A stretch of 63,966 nt of DNA, filler included, from Acidimicrobiia bacterium (GTDB lineage Bacteria > Actinomycetota > Acidimicrobiia > Spongiisociales > CAZKJJ01), in NCBI GenBank assembly GCA_046759765.1. It is 5 parts of 5 records of this genome, joined end to end, with 100 filler letters (N's around TTAATTAATTAA, not from the genome) between each part and the next. Parts side by side here need not be neighbours in the genome. Positions count along the whole stretch, not along the records: positions 14,458 to 28,621 come from JBHICV010000055.1; 4 more parts are not named here. One strand, written 5' to 3'. The notes below the pieces were generated by a model. The model saw only the letters and a list, made by a program, of their open reading frames with translations, had not been told where the DNA came from and ran no database searches. Shown here in pieces: positions 19,716 through 28,721 of this stretch. Each line of letters begins with the position of its first letter. Within the stretch, counting starts at the first letter, position 1. The position numbers and the translations under genes are program-made.

Positions 19716-19760
19716 CAGAGGGGTATTGAGTTGGGTGGCTAAGAGTGGTCTTCTTCCGTT

Positions 19761-20723
19761 GTGGCGGATGCCGACCGAGTTGTCGCCGAGTTGGCTGCCC
19801 AGCAGGCGGGTGCCTTTTCATATGGGCAAGTGCGGGCAGTCGGATTCTCGGATCGCATGATCGAGCATCGGATTCGAAACGGTCGATGGCGCCGGCTGGA
19901 GAAGAGCGTGTTTGCTGTCGCGGGGACTCCGGATACCCATGAACAGCACCTCTTCGTGGCGGCTCTCGCTGCAGGCCCGGGCGGTGCGATTTCACACCGA
20001 ACGGCAGCCGAGCTTCACGGAATTGGCCGCTTCAGGCAACCGATTGAGATCATCACTCCCCGTCCACGCCGATATCGGACCGCCCATGTGATCGTCCACA
20101 CGTCGAAGAAACTCGGGCCCATCGACATCGAGCTTCATGACCAGCTGCCCGTCACCACGGTTGCTCGAACGCTCATCGACTTAGGAGCCGTTGTGCATCC
20201 GGACAGGGTCGAGGACGCCCTCGATGTGGCCCTTCGGGAGCGGTTGGTGGCATTGGGTGAGCTGAAGAGGCGACTCACGGCTCTGCGGAAGAGCGGACGC
20301 GGCGGCACAGGTGTCATGGCAGACATCCTGGAGCGGAGGGATCCAGCCTCCATGCCAGAGAGCCGCTACGAGCGCCTCTTTTTGCGTGCGATCGAGATGG
20401 CGGGGCTTCCGCTTCCAGAGTTGCAGGTGGAAATCCGGGACGGGGAGCGATTTCTCGGACGAGTCGACGCGGCCTGGCCGGAGCGACGACTGGCAGTGGA
20501 AGTCGATGGCCACCGATTCCACGCAACCCGAAAGCAGCGCGCGGCCGATGCAACTCGCGAAAACGCGATCAAGCTCGCAGGCTGGCGGGTCCTCCGCTTC
20601 ACGACCGATCAGGTGTGGCAAGAGCCTGCGTGGGTAGCTCGTACGATTGCCAAGGCGCTGGGTCACGGTGCCCAGTCGTTTCCACCCCCGGGTTTTAGTG
20701 ACGCCTATCCACCGTATGTGTGA
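19761..20723 (+). CDS. AbiEi-like wHTH + DUF559 (Vsr-like PD-(D/E)XK nuclease) protein
   Basis: N-terminal LAAQQAGAF, ISHRTAAELHG, TTVARTLIDL. C-terminal ESRYE, RVDAAWP..LAVEVDG..FH..D..R..GWRVLRFT. Confidence 0.88.
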   Translation: MADADRVVAELAAQQAGAFSYGQVRAVGFSDRMIEHRIRNGRWRRLEKSVFAVAGTPDTHEQHLFVAALAAGPGGAISHRTAAELHGIGRFRQPIEIITPRPRRYRTAHVIVHTSKKLGPIDIELHDQLPVTTVARTLIDLGAVVHPDRVEDALDVALRERLVALGELKRRLTALRKSGRGGTGVMADILERRDPASMPESRYERLFLRAIEMAGLPLPELQVEIRDGERFLGRVDAAWPERRLAVEVDGHRFHATRKQRAADATRENAIKLAGWRVLRFTTDQVWQEPAWVARTIAKALGHGAQSFPPPGFSDAYPPYV

Positions 20724-20800
20724 GTACGCGTCACCAAAACGAGGCCCTCCTGTTCTTGTGACGTGAACCCACCGTATGGGTGAGTAGGCGTCACCAAAAC
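20692..20800. repeat. Tandem pair of 49-bp palindromes (20692-20740, 20752-20800)
   Basis: Direct repeat of 19607-19715. Second unit identical to 19667-19715; first unit differs from 19607-19655 at 6 of 49 positions. Confidence 0.93.
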
Positions 20801-20832
20801 GAGAGACGGCAACGGAAGTACCATCCCCGGAC

Positions 20833-21624
20833 ATGCCCGAAGTCAAGGGGTTTTTCTATCCCCGAACCGCCACCGGTCGGTCGTCGATCGTGCCGGGGCC
20901 GCCCTGGCACTACTCGGGGGACGTGCTGACCATCGAGTACCGCACTGACCCGGACCGAGTGGCGGAGCTGCTGCCGGACCCCCTGGAACCAGCGGACGAT
21001 CCGGGGGCGGTAGCCGTTGTGTTCGCCGACTGGCAGTCGTGCTCGGACACCTTTGAGGAGCTGCTCGACCCCGTTCGCTCTCAATACAAGGAATGCTTCA
21101 TCGTGATCCGGTGCCGGTACGGCGGCGAGACCTACTCGCGCTGCGTGTACATATGGGTGGACAAGGACTTCGCGCTCGTGCGTGGCCAGCACCAGGGATA
21201 TCCGAAGAAGCTGGGCGAGATCGACATGACCAGGCCCGTCACGGTGGGCAAGGCCGGCCCGCGACTCGAGAAGGGCGGGACGTTCGGCGCCACCCTCTCG
21301 AGCGCCGGAAGGAGGCTGATCGACGCCCGATTCACCATCACGGGACCCTCGGGCGATGCCGGGTTCGTCAACGCCCTGCCCATGCTCCATCACCGCTGGT
21401 TCCCGGCAATCGAGTCCGACGGGACCGATTCCATGCACGAGCTGGTGACCATGCGCGGCTATGACGCCGAAGCCGGACCGGCCTACACAGGCGAGGCAGA
21501 GATCGAGCTGCACGCCTCCCCCGTGGAGGAGCTGACCGCGCTCGAACCGAGGGACATGATCGGCGGTTACTGGCGCAGCGTCGCGACGTCGTGGCGAGAG
21601 GGAACCACCCTCGAGCGGAGCTGA
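20833..21624 (+). CDS. Acetoacetate decarboxylase-family protein
   Basis: PGPPWHY, QYKEC, Schiff-base Lys motif GYPKKLG. Confidence 0.88.
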   Translation: MPEVKGFFYPRTATGRSSIVPGPPWHYSGDVLTIEYRTDPDRVAELLPDPLEPADDPGAVAVVFADWQSCSDTFEELLDPVRSQYKECFIVIRCRYGGETYSRCVYIWVDKDFALVRGQHQGYPKKLGEIDMTRPVTVGKAGPRLEKGGTFGATLSSAGRRLIDARFTITGPSGDAGFVNALPMLHHRWFPAIESDGTDSMHELVTMRGYDAEAGPAYTGEAEIELHASPVEELTALEPRDMIGGYWRSVATSWREGTTLERS

Positions 21625-21705
21625 GAGCTCCGACCCGGCGGCCCGCCGACCGCTTGGGCCACCACCAATCTGGCGTATTCTTCGTTCAACGAGACGGAGT
21701 GATGT

Positions 21706-22581
21706 ATGGGTGAAGTCGTAGGCGCGGGGCTCGTTTCGCACGTTCCGACTCTCATGTTCGATGAGAATCAGCGAAGAGCCCTCAACGAAGGCAAGGAAAT
21801 CAGCCTGGTTCCCGGTATGCACCGGCTGCGGAACGAGGCGCTGGATCGGCTCGAGCCGGACACCATCGTTATCTTCGACACCCACTGGTTCTCTACCGTT
21901 GAGCATCTGATCAGCTCGCATGCCCAGCTGCAAGGAAAGTTCACCTCGACGGAGCTGCCCAGGGGCATGGCTGGCATTCCCTACGACTATCCGGGCGATC
22001 CCGAGCTAGCCAACTTGACCGCCCAGATAGGCAACCAGCTCGGAACACCGACCACCGCCACGGACGATCCGTACCTGGCCCTCTTCTACGCCACCGTCAA
22101 TCTCGTTCATTACCTCCGCAAGGACGAGAAGGTGGTTTCGGTCAGCGTGTGTCAGACCGGTGAACCAGACGACTTCCTGACCTTGGGGGCCGCCGTAGGA
22201 GAGGCCGTCAGCCGTATCGAGAGGGATGTCGTCCTCTTGGCCTCAGGCGGTATGAGCCACAAGTTCTGGCCGCTCAAGCAGATACCCAAGCACGAGGCAT
22301 CCGACCCCGTTCACATCATCAGTCCCGAGGCGAGAGCCGCCGACGAGCACCGGATCGAGCTGATGAAGCAGGGCCGGCACAAAGACATCATCCAGTTGAT
22401 GGACGATTACATGGAGCATGACCCAGAGGGACGCTTCGGTCACTATCTGATGATGGTCGGTGCGATCGGCGGGGAAGAGTGCACTGCCCCCGGCGAGCTC
22501 TACTCCGACTACGAGAATGCCACCGGCACCGGCCAGGTCCACGTCTGGTTCGACAAGCCGGAAGGAGGCTGGACCAGCTAG
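21706..22581 (+). CDS. LigB/HpaD-type extradiol ring-cleavage dioxygenase
   Basis: SHVP, DTHW, YPGDPELA, SGGMSH, GHY, GTGQ. Confidence 0.88.
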   Translation: MGEVVGAGLVSHVPTLMFDENQRRALNEGKEISLVPGMHRLRNEALDRLEPDTIVIFDTHWFSTVEHLISSHAQLQGKFTSTELPRGMAGIPYDYPGDPELANLTAQIGNQLGTPTTATDDPYLALFYATVNLVHYLRKDEKVVSVSVCQTGEPDDFLTLGAAVGEAVSRIERDVVLLASGGMSHKFWPLKQIPKHEASDPVHIISPEARAADEHRIELMKQGRHKDIIQLMDDYMEHDPEGRFGHYLMMVGAIGGEECTAPGELYSDYENATGTGQVHVWFDKPEGGWTS

Positions 22582-22590
22582 GCGTCCGGG

Positions 22591-23226
22591 TCAGCGGCCG
22601 CGCCGCCACCAGCGGTCGTAGACGCCCATCCACCGCGAGCGAGGAGCGGCGCCAGCCGGCTCCGATGGCGAGGCAGCGCCCTTAACCTCCGCCAGCTCAC
22701 CGCGGAGCTCAGCCATCCGCTCACGGAGAAACTGTGCCTCGGTCTCCGCCCGGGCGGCGCGTTCCCGAGCCTCGGCCAGCTGACGTCCTGCCTCGTGGAG
22801 ATTGCCGAGCTGGTTCAGCATCTTGTTCCAGGCATCAATCGGAACGATCATCGCCCCCTCCGGCACGCGCTGATCCCGCGGCGTCCCTAGAGGAGTCCGC
22901 GCCGGGGGAGAGGGCGGTCGCGAGGCGACCGGCTCGGGCATCAAAGCCGGCGGCGGGGCCTGGCTGCGCTGCTGGACCCGCCCGATGACCTCGTCGAGTG
23001 CCACCAGCCGTCGCGGGCGATTGCCCGTTAGGTCGAGCTGACTCTCGACGTGACCCTCGCGGGCCCAATAACGGAGTGTCGATACGGGTACACCCGTCTG
23101 CTCGTGGGCCTCCCGGATGGTGACCCATCCGATCCGCTCGGGGGCTGTTGAGGGCCCGGCGGGCTGGTCGGGGGACCGCCGCTCTTGCGATGGCAGCGGT
23201 CGACTACCGGTTGCCGGCTGCGTCAT
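22591..23226 (-). CDS. MerR-like HTH / coiled-coil protein
   Basis: VTIREAHEQTGVPVSTLRYWAREG HTH and a C-terminal coiled coil. Divergent from the BMC operon. Confidence 0.6.
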   Translation of the reverse strand: MTQPATGSRPLPSQERRSPDQPAGPSTAPERIGWVTIREAHEQTGVPVSTLRYWAREGHVESQLDLTGNRPRRLVALDEVIGRVQQRSQAPPPALMPEPVASRPPSPPARTPLGTPRDQRVPEGAMIVPIDAWNKMLNQLGNLHEAGRQLAEARERAARAETEAQFLRERMAELRGELAEVKGAASPSEPAGAAPRSRWMGVYDRWWRRGR

Positions 23227-23306
23227 ACCCCTCCCCCTTTGGGCGGCCCATCATACGACGGCCTTCCGGAGGGCACCTCTAGGATCTGCGGGACGAGGGG
23301 AGGGAC

Positions 23307-23879
23307 GTGCCTTCGACAGAAGAGGTACGCGAGCTGGTCCGCGCGATCGTGGAAGGCGTGGCCACCGACCCGGAAGAGTCCGATCCCGAGCCTGGCGAAG
23401 AGACTCCGCGCAGCTCCGTCCCGACCGTCGCGATTGGTGCTGATCACGGCGGCTTTCCACTCAAAGAGCGCATCGGATTTCTCCTCAAGGAACAGGGTTA
23501 CGAAGTCACCGACGTCGGTACCGGAAGCCGTGAATCGGTGGACTATCCGGACTTCGCCCACAAGGTCGCCGAGCTTGTGGCTTCTCAGTCCTGCGACGTG
23601 GGAATAATCATCGATGGAGCCGGAATCGGCTCCGCGATGGTGGCCAACAAGGTTCCCGGAGTGAGAGCGGCGCTCTGCTATGACGTGTCTTCGGCGAAAA
23701 ACAGCCGGGAGCACAACCACGCTAATGTCCTGACGCTCGGTGCCGGTCTCATCGGGGAGCACCTCGCCTGGCAGATCGTCGAGGTCTGGCTCGCCACTCC
23801 GTGGGGGGAGGGCCGACATGCCCGGCGCGTTGGGAAGATCATCGACATCGAGCGGGCATACGCAAAGGGCACGGAGTGA
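23307..23879 (+). CDS. rpiB: Ribose-5-phosphate isomerase B family with N-terminal encapsulation peptide
   Basis: [37 protein letters not shown]. Amphipathic N-helix [14 protein letters not shown]. Confidence 0.9.
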   Translation: MPSTEEVRELVRAIVEGVATDPEESDPEPGEETPRSSVPTVAIGADHGGFPLKERIGFLLKEQGYEVTDVGTGSRESVDYPDFAHKVAELVASQSCDVGIIIDGAGIGSAMVANKVPGVRAALCYDVSSAKNSREHNHANVLTLGAGLIGEHLAWQIVEVWLATPWGEGRHARRVGKIIDIERAYAKGTE

Positions 23880-24733
23880 TGGCGACCAGAGAGGATCTCG
23901 TTGACGCGATAACGCGTGAGGTCCTGCTGGTACTCGCTTCTGAGGGTGGGGACTGCCCCAACTGTGACGGCAGCTGCGCCGCTCACAACCCCGACCGCGT
24001 GCGGGCGGTCGTTGCCACCGGCGCCGAACGGATCAGCTTCAACGGATCGGCGCCGGCCGTTCCCGCCGACCTGGCCCACTACATAGATCACACGCTGCTG
24101 CGCCCCGAGGTATCGGCGGCGGAGATCGACCAGCTGTGCCAAGAAGCCCGCGAGTTCGGATTCGCCACGGTGTGCGTCAACCCCGTCTGGGTTCGCAGAT
24201 GCGCGGACAACTTGAAGGGATCAGAGGTAAAGGTCTGCTCAGTGGTCGGGTTCCCTTTCGGAGCCACCACGCCGGAAGTGAAGGCGTGGGAGGCTCGGCG
24301 GGCGATCCGGGACGGTGCCCGCGAGATCGACATGGTGATCAACATCGGCGCACTGAAGAGCGGCGACCTCGACCTAGTTCGAGAGGACATCTCCAAAGTC
24401 GTCGACGCTTGTCACGAAGCTGGAGTCCGCTGCAAGGTGATCATCGAGGCGGCGCTGCTCACGGATGAGGAGAAGGTGATCGCCTCCCATCTGACCAAGC
24501 AGGCCAGGGCCGACTTCGTAAAGACCTCGACGGGGTTTGGACCCGGCGGCGCCACGGTTCACGACGTACTGCTGATGAGCGAGACCGTCGGGCCAACAGT
24601 GGGTGTCAAAGCGGCGGGAGGTATTCGGTCGCAGGAGGATGTCGAAGACATGATCGCCGCCGGAGCCACTCGCATCGGGGCCTCCGCCGGGGTCGCCATC
24701 GTCGGGGGAGGCGAGGGCCATGAACGGTATTGA
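23879..24733 (+). CDS. deoC: Deoxyribose-phosphate aldolase with N-terminal extension
   Basis: IDHTLL, VGFPFG, EIDMV, VKTSTGF, VKAAGGI. N-terminal [12 protein letters not shown] helix. Confidence 0.95.
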   Translation: MATREDLVDAITREVLLVLASEGGDCPNCDGSCAAHNPDRVRAVVATGAERISFNGSAPAVPADLAHYIDHTLLRPEVSAAEIDQLCQEAREFGFATVCVNPVWVRRCADNLKGSEVKVCSVVGFPFGATTPEVKAWEARRAIRDGAREIDMVINIGALKSGDLDLVREDISKVVDACHEAGVRCKVIIEAALLTDEEKVIASHLTKQARADFVKTSTGFGPGGATVHDVLLMSETVGPTVGVKAAGGIRSQEDVEDMIAAGATRIGASAGVAIVGGGEGHERY

Positions 24734-25349
24734 TCTCCGGTCATACATCTTCCTGGACAGCCTGCAACCGCAATACGCCGCCTTCCTCGGGACAGTGGCG
24801 CAAGGCTTCCTGCCTCTCGCGGGCGACGCCTCCCTCTATGTCGAGATAGCACCAGGGATCGAGATCAACCGTCTGACCGACGTCGCCCTGAAGTCCACGA
24901 CGGTCAAACCGGGCATGCAGATCATCGAGAGGTACTACGGCCTGCTGGAGGTGCACTCGCCGGACCAGGCGGAAACCCGAGCAGCCGGAGAGGCGATTCT
25001 CTCGGACATCGGGCTCGGCGAGACGGACCGCATGAAGCCACGTATCGTCTCGTCCCAGATCATCAGACGGATCGACGACCATCAGGCGCAGCTGATCAAC
25101 CGGCAGCGCCACGGGCAGATGTTGATACCCGGCCAAACTCTCTACGTGATGGAGGTAGAGCCCGCAGCCAACGCTCCGCTCGCAGCCAACGAGGCGGAGA
25201 AAGCCGCCGAGATAAACGTCCTCGAAGTCAGGGCGTTTGGCTCGCTGGGACGTGTCTACCTTGGTGGCGAAGAGCGGGACATCGATGTGGGCTGGCAGGC
25301 GGCAGTATCGGCCGTGGAAGGATTGGAAGGACGGGAGATGCCGGGGTAA
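24720..25349 (+). CDS. BMC-T shell protein (CcmP/CsoS1D-like double-stacking type)
   Basis: [40 protein letters not shown]. Confidence 0.9.
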   Translation: MNGIDLRSYIFLDSLQPQYAAFLGTVAQGFLPLAGDASLYVEIAPGIEINRLTDVALKSTTVKPGMQIIERYYGLLEVHSPDQAETRAAGEAILSDIGLGETDRMKPRIVSSQIIRRIDDHQAQLINRQRHGQMLIPGQTLYVMEVEPAANAPLAANEAEKAAEINVLEVRAFGSLGRVYLGGEERDIDVGWQAAVSAVEGLEGREMPG

Positions 25350-25376
25350 GAACCCCGGAGTGAGGAAGGGAGCCAA

Positions 25377-25685
25377 ATGGCAGAAGCACTCGGGATGATC
25401 GAGACCCGCAGCTTTGCAGCCTCAGTCGAGGCGGCGGACGCAATGGTGAAGGCTGCCAAGGTGGAGCTGGTCTCCTATGAGGAGACCGGCGGCGGCTACG
25501 TCACGACGGTGGTACGGGGCGACGTAGCGGCGGTCCGAGCTGCGGTGGACGCGGGTGTCCGAGGCGCCGAACGTGTGGGTGAGGTCATCGCTTCGCACGT
25601 CATCGCGCGGCCGCACGTCAACATCGACGTTGTGCTTCCCCTGGGTCGTGCCGACGAGGCTCGCGAAGAGGGCGAAGGGTCTTAG
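25377..25685 (+). CDS. BMC-H hexamer shell protein (EutM/PduA-like)
   Basis: ALGMIET...[10 protein letters not shown]...RGDVAAV...HVIARPH. Confidence 0.96.
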   Translation: MAEALGMIETRSFAASVEAADAMVKAAKVELVSYEETGGGYVTTVVRGDVAAVRAAVDAGVRGAERVGEVIASHVIARPHVNIDVVLPLGRADEAREEGEGS

Positions 25686-25694
25686 AGGCTCACC

Positions 25695-25982
25695 GTGCTG
25701 CTTGGGCGCGTAGCTGGCACGCTCGTCGCCAGCCGTAAGGAGCCGAGAATGGAGGGGCTCAAGCTCCTCGTTCTCCGCCAAGTCGACGCGCACAACGACG
25801 ATACGGACAGCTATGTGGTGGCAGTCGATGTGGTTGGCGCCGGAGTGGGCGAGGTTGTTCTATATGCGCAGGGCAGCGCGGCGCGCCAGACGGAGATCAC
25901 CCATGAAAGACCGTGTGACGCAGTGATTATGGCCATCGTCGACACTTGGGAGCTGGGCGGCGACGAGATCTACAAGAAATAG
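25695..25982 (+). CDS. BMC-P pentamer (EutN/CcmL family)
   Basis: [35 protein letters not shown]. Confidence 0.95.
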   Translation: MLLGRVAGTLVASRKEPRMEGLKLLVLRQVDAHNDDTDSYVVAVDVVGAGVGEVVLYAQGSAARQTEITHERPCDAVIMAIVDTWELGGDEIYKK

Positions 25983-25984
25983 CG

Positions 25985-27448
25985 ATGAACGATCTCACTG
26001 AAGCGGACATCCAGGACATCATCGAGAGGGTCCGGCTCCGGTTGCGCGAAGCCGGGGACGGCAGGCCTGGTCTAGCGGTCGAGGCTGCCGAGCAGGTCGA
26101 GGCCGCCGCAGAAGCGGAGTACCGCGACGGCATCTTCCGAACGATCGACGAGGCAGTGGCGGCGGCCAAGCAGGCCTTTCAGGCCTACTCGGTGATGGGG
26201 CTCGATCGGCGTCGGACGATCATCGACTCGGTCCGCCAGTCCATGCTTGCGCACGGCGAGCAGCTGGCGCGGATGGCACACCAGGAGACGGGGCTTGGCC
26301 GCTGGGAAGACAAAGTCATGAAGAACCGGCTCGTCACCACCAAGACACCGGGTCCCGAGGACCTTGAAACGACGACGGTGACCGGCGACCAGGGAATGAT
26401 GGTGACCGAGTGGGCTCCCTTCGGCATCATCGCCGCCATCACCCCGACGACCAACCCGACATCGACCATCATCAACAACGCGATCTCGACCCTGTCCGCC
26501 GGCAACGCGGTCGTCTTCAATGTGCACCCCAATGCCAAGACCACCTCGGCCGAGAACGTTCGTCTTCTCAATCAAGCCATTACGGCGGCCGAAGGACCCC
26601 CCAATCTCGTCACCGCCATCCCTAACCCGACGATCGAAAGCGCGCAGGAGCTGATGCACCATCAGGATGTCAACGTCCTGTTGGTTACGGGCGGGCCAGG
26701 CGTCGTCCGCGAGGCTCTCAAGACGGACAAGCGAGCGATAACGGCTGGGCCGGGAAACCCTCCGGTCGTTGTCGATGAAACGGCCGAGATTCCCAAAGCC
26801 GCCCGCGATGTGGTTCTGGGAGCGTCCTTCGACAACAACATCGTCTGCACCGACGAGAAGGAGGTTTTCGTAGTCGACACGGTCGCCGATCGCTTCCTTC
26901 GTGAGATGGTGGAGAACGACTGCTATCTGCTGAAAGAGCACGAGCTGCGCCGTCTGGAGAGGGTCATCTTCCACGAGCTGGGCGAACCCTCCCGGCCAGG
27001 CGTCATCAACACTTCCTGGATCGGAAAGAACGCCGGCGTGATCTTGAGCGAGATCGGCATCAATGTCGGAGACGATGTCAGGTTGGCGGTTGCCGACGTT
27101 CCGAGAGAGCACTCGCTGGTGTGGACAGAGCAAATGATGCCGGTACTGCCGGTCGCTCGCGTCCCGGATGCAGAGACTGCCATGGAGCTATCGGTGCGAG
27201 CCGAGCACGGGTTCCGCCACACGGCATCTATCCACTCCACCAACGTCGAGCGCATCACTCGGATGGCCAGAATGATGAACTGCTCGATTTTCGTCGCCAA
27301 CGCGCCCAACTACTCAGGATTGGGCGAAGGAGGAGAGGGCTTTACGTCATATTCGATCGCCAGCCCGACCGGAGACGGGCTGACCAGGCCGCGGACTTTC
27401 TCCCGTGAGCGGCGCATTGCTGTCGTCGGCGCGCTAAGAATCGTCTGA
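25985..27448 (+). CDS. CoA-acylating aldehyde dehydrogenase (EutE/PduP-like) with encapsulation peptide
   Basis: PTTNPT, TGGPGVV, AGPGNPP, SFDNNIVCTDEKE, TGDG. N-helix DIQDIIERVRLRL. Confidence 0.93.
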   Translation: MNDLTEADIQDIIERVRLRLREAGDGRPGLAVEAAEQVEAAAEAEYRDGIFRTIDEAVAAAKQAFQAYSVMGLDRRRTIIDSVRQSMLAHGEQLARMAHQETGLGRWEDKVMKNRLVTTKTPGPEDLETTTVTGDQGMMVTEWAPFGIIAAITPTTNPTSTIINNAISTLSAGNAVVFNVHPNAKTTSAENVRLLNQAITAAEGPPNLVTAIPNPTIESAQELMHHQDVNVLLVTGGPGVVREALKTDKRAITAGPGNPPVVVDETAEIPKAARDVVLGASFDNNIVCTDEKEVFVVDTVADRFLREMVENDCYLLKEHELRRLERVIFHELGEPSRPGVINTSWIGKNAGVILSEIGINVGDDVRLAVADVPREHSLVWTEQMMPVLPVARVPDAETAMELSVRAEHGFRHTASIHSTNVERITRMARMMNCSIFVANAPNYSGLGEGGEGFTSYSIASPTGDGLTRPRTFSRERRIAVVGALRIV

Positions 27449-28032
27449 TGGCCCAGCCGGCGCTGGCGCTGCTGGAGTTCGACTCGGTTGCGGTTGGGAT
27501 CGAGGCCGGAGACGCGATGGTCAAACGAGGCCCGGTCGAAGTCCTGTTGGCGGGCACCGTCCAACCGGGAAAGTACCTCGTCCTGGTCGCCGGCGAGGTG
27601 GGGGACGTTGAAGAGGCCGTCGAGGCCGGCACTGTCGTCGGCGGTCCCCATCTCGTGGACGAAGTCCTCCTACCCGACGTCCACCCGGCAGTGGTCGACG
27701 GTGCCCGTGGATCGCGCCACGAAGGATCAGGCGAGGCACTTGGAGTAATTGAGACCACGAGCGTCGCCGGCGTACTCGACGCGGCCGATGCGGCGATGAA
27801 AGGGGCAGATGTCACACTCCAGGAGCTCCGCATGGCCGACGGCCTCGGTGGGAAGGGTTACGCCCTGTTTCGAGGCATCGTATCCGAGGTGGAGGCCGCG
27901 GTTGGCTATGGGGTCGAGCGGATCTCCGCCGACCAGCTGGAGCAGTCGGCCATCATCTCCCAGCTTCACGATGAGATGAGAGAGAACCTGCTGGCCGAGG
28001 CAAGATTCAACCCGCGAGTCCGGGAGGAATAG
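27448..28032 (+). CDS. BMC-T shell protein (PduT-like)
   Basis: Tandem BMC domains: LALLEFDS..GDAMVK..PGKY and LGVIET..ADAAMK..GLGGK. Confidence 0.9.
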   Translation: MAQPALALLEFDSVAVGIEAGDAMVKRGPVEVLLAGTVQPGKYLVLVAGEVGDVEEAVEAGTVVGGPHLVDEVLLPDVHPAVVDGARGSRHEGSGEALGVIETTSVAGVLDAADAAMKGADVTLQELRMADGLGGKGYALFRGIVSEVEAAVGYGVERISADQLEQSAIISQLHDEMRENLLAEARFNPRVREE

Positions 28033-28033
28033 G

Positions 28034-28315
28034 TTGCAGCTCGGACGAGTGGAGGGCACGGTTGTCGCCACGGAGAAGGCACGGGGACTGGAAGGAATCA
28101 AGTTCCTGATCGTCCAGCCGCTCGACAAACAGAGACGGCCCAAGGGCGAACACGTGGTGGCTGCGGACGCAGTTCAGATGGCAGGCCCGGGCGACCTCGT
28201 GTACGTGGTGGCGGCGAGAGAGGCATCCCAGGCTTTACCCGATACCTTCGTCCCGGTTGACCATGCGGTGGTCGGAATCGTCGATGCGGTTTCCTCCCTC
28301 GGGGAGCCGCAATGA
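28034..28315 (+). CDS. BMC-P pentamer (EutN/CcmL family)
   Basis: GRVEGTVVATEK, VAADAV, AGPGD, PVDHAVVGIVD. Confidence 0.92.
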   Translation: MQLGRVEGTVVATEKARGLEGIKFLIVQPLDKQRRPKGEHVVAADAVQMAGPGDLVYVVAAREASQALPDTFVPVDHAVVGIVDAVSSLGEPQ

Positions 28316-28593
28316 AGATCGGCAGGGTGGCCGGAACCGTCGTCTCGACGATCAACTCCCCGGTCTTCGACGGGAGAAGGCTGCTCCTCTGCGATCTGTT
28401 GGACCCTTCCAGTACGCCCACGGGGGACTACACGATTGCGGTCGACGCCGTCGGTGCAGGAGCGGGAGAGGAAGTGCTGATCATCGACGAGGGAAACTCT
28501 GCGCGTCAGGTGGTCGGAATGGATCCCGCCCCGATCAGAGCAGTGGTCGTAGGCATCATTGACCAGATCGACCTGGAGGCGGCGGGCCTTTGA
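28312..28593 (+). CDS. BMC-P pentamer (EutN/CcmL family)
   Basis: GRVAGTVVST, AVDAVGAGAGE, EGNSAR, VVGIID. Confidence 0.93.
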   Translation: MKIGRVAGTVVSTINSPVFDGRRLLLCDLLDPSSTPTGDYTIAVDAVGAGAGEEVLIIDEGNSARQVVGMDPAPIRAVVVGIIDQIDLEAAGL

Positions 28594-28621
28594 CAGACAT
28601 CACAGTCTGGACGTATCCCTG

Positions 28622-28721
28622 NNNNNNNNNNNNNNNNNNNNNNNNNNNNNNNNNNNNNNNNNNNNTTAATTAATTAANNNNNNNNNNNNNNNNNNNNNNN
28701 NNNNNNNNNNNNNNNNNNNNN
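28622..28721. other. Artificial contig linker
   Basis: N-run, TTAATTAATTAA, N-run. Confidence 0.99.

Larger units (their letters stand above)
19604..20803. mobile_element. Putative repeat-bounded cassette carrying the AbiEi/DUF559 gene
   Basis: Both ends carry a 109-bp doublet of palindromes. Outermost 15 bp are a perfect IR (CTCGTTTTGGTGACG / CGTCACCAAAACGAG). Interrupts a catabolic operon. No TSD seen. Confidence 0.55.

Noticed and set aside
19607..20800. Palindromic repeats as a CRISPR array
   Set aside because: Only two units per side, 11-bp near-identical spacers, 49-bp degenerate units and no cas genes.
11861..22581. Aminotransferase and C45 hydrolase as part of the same cluster as the ALDH/GS/P450 genes
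   Set aside because: Functionally tempting, but a contig linker separates them, so linkage is unsupported.
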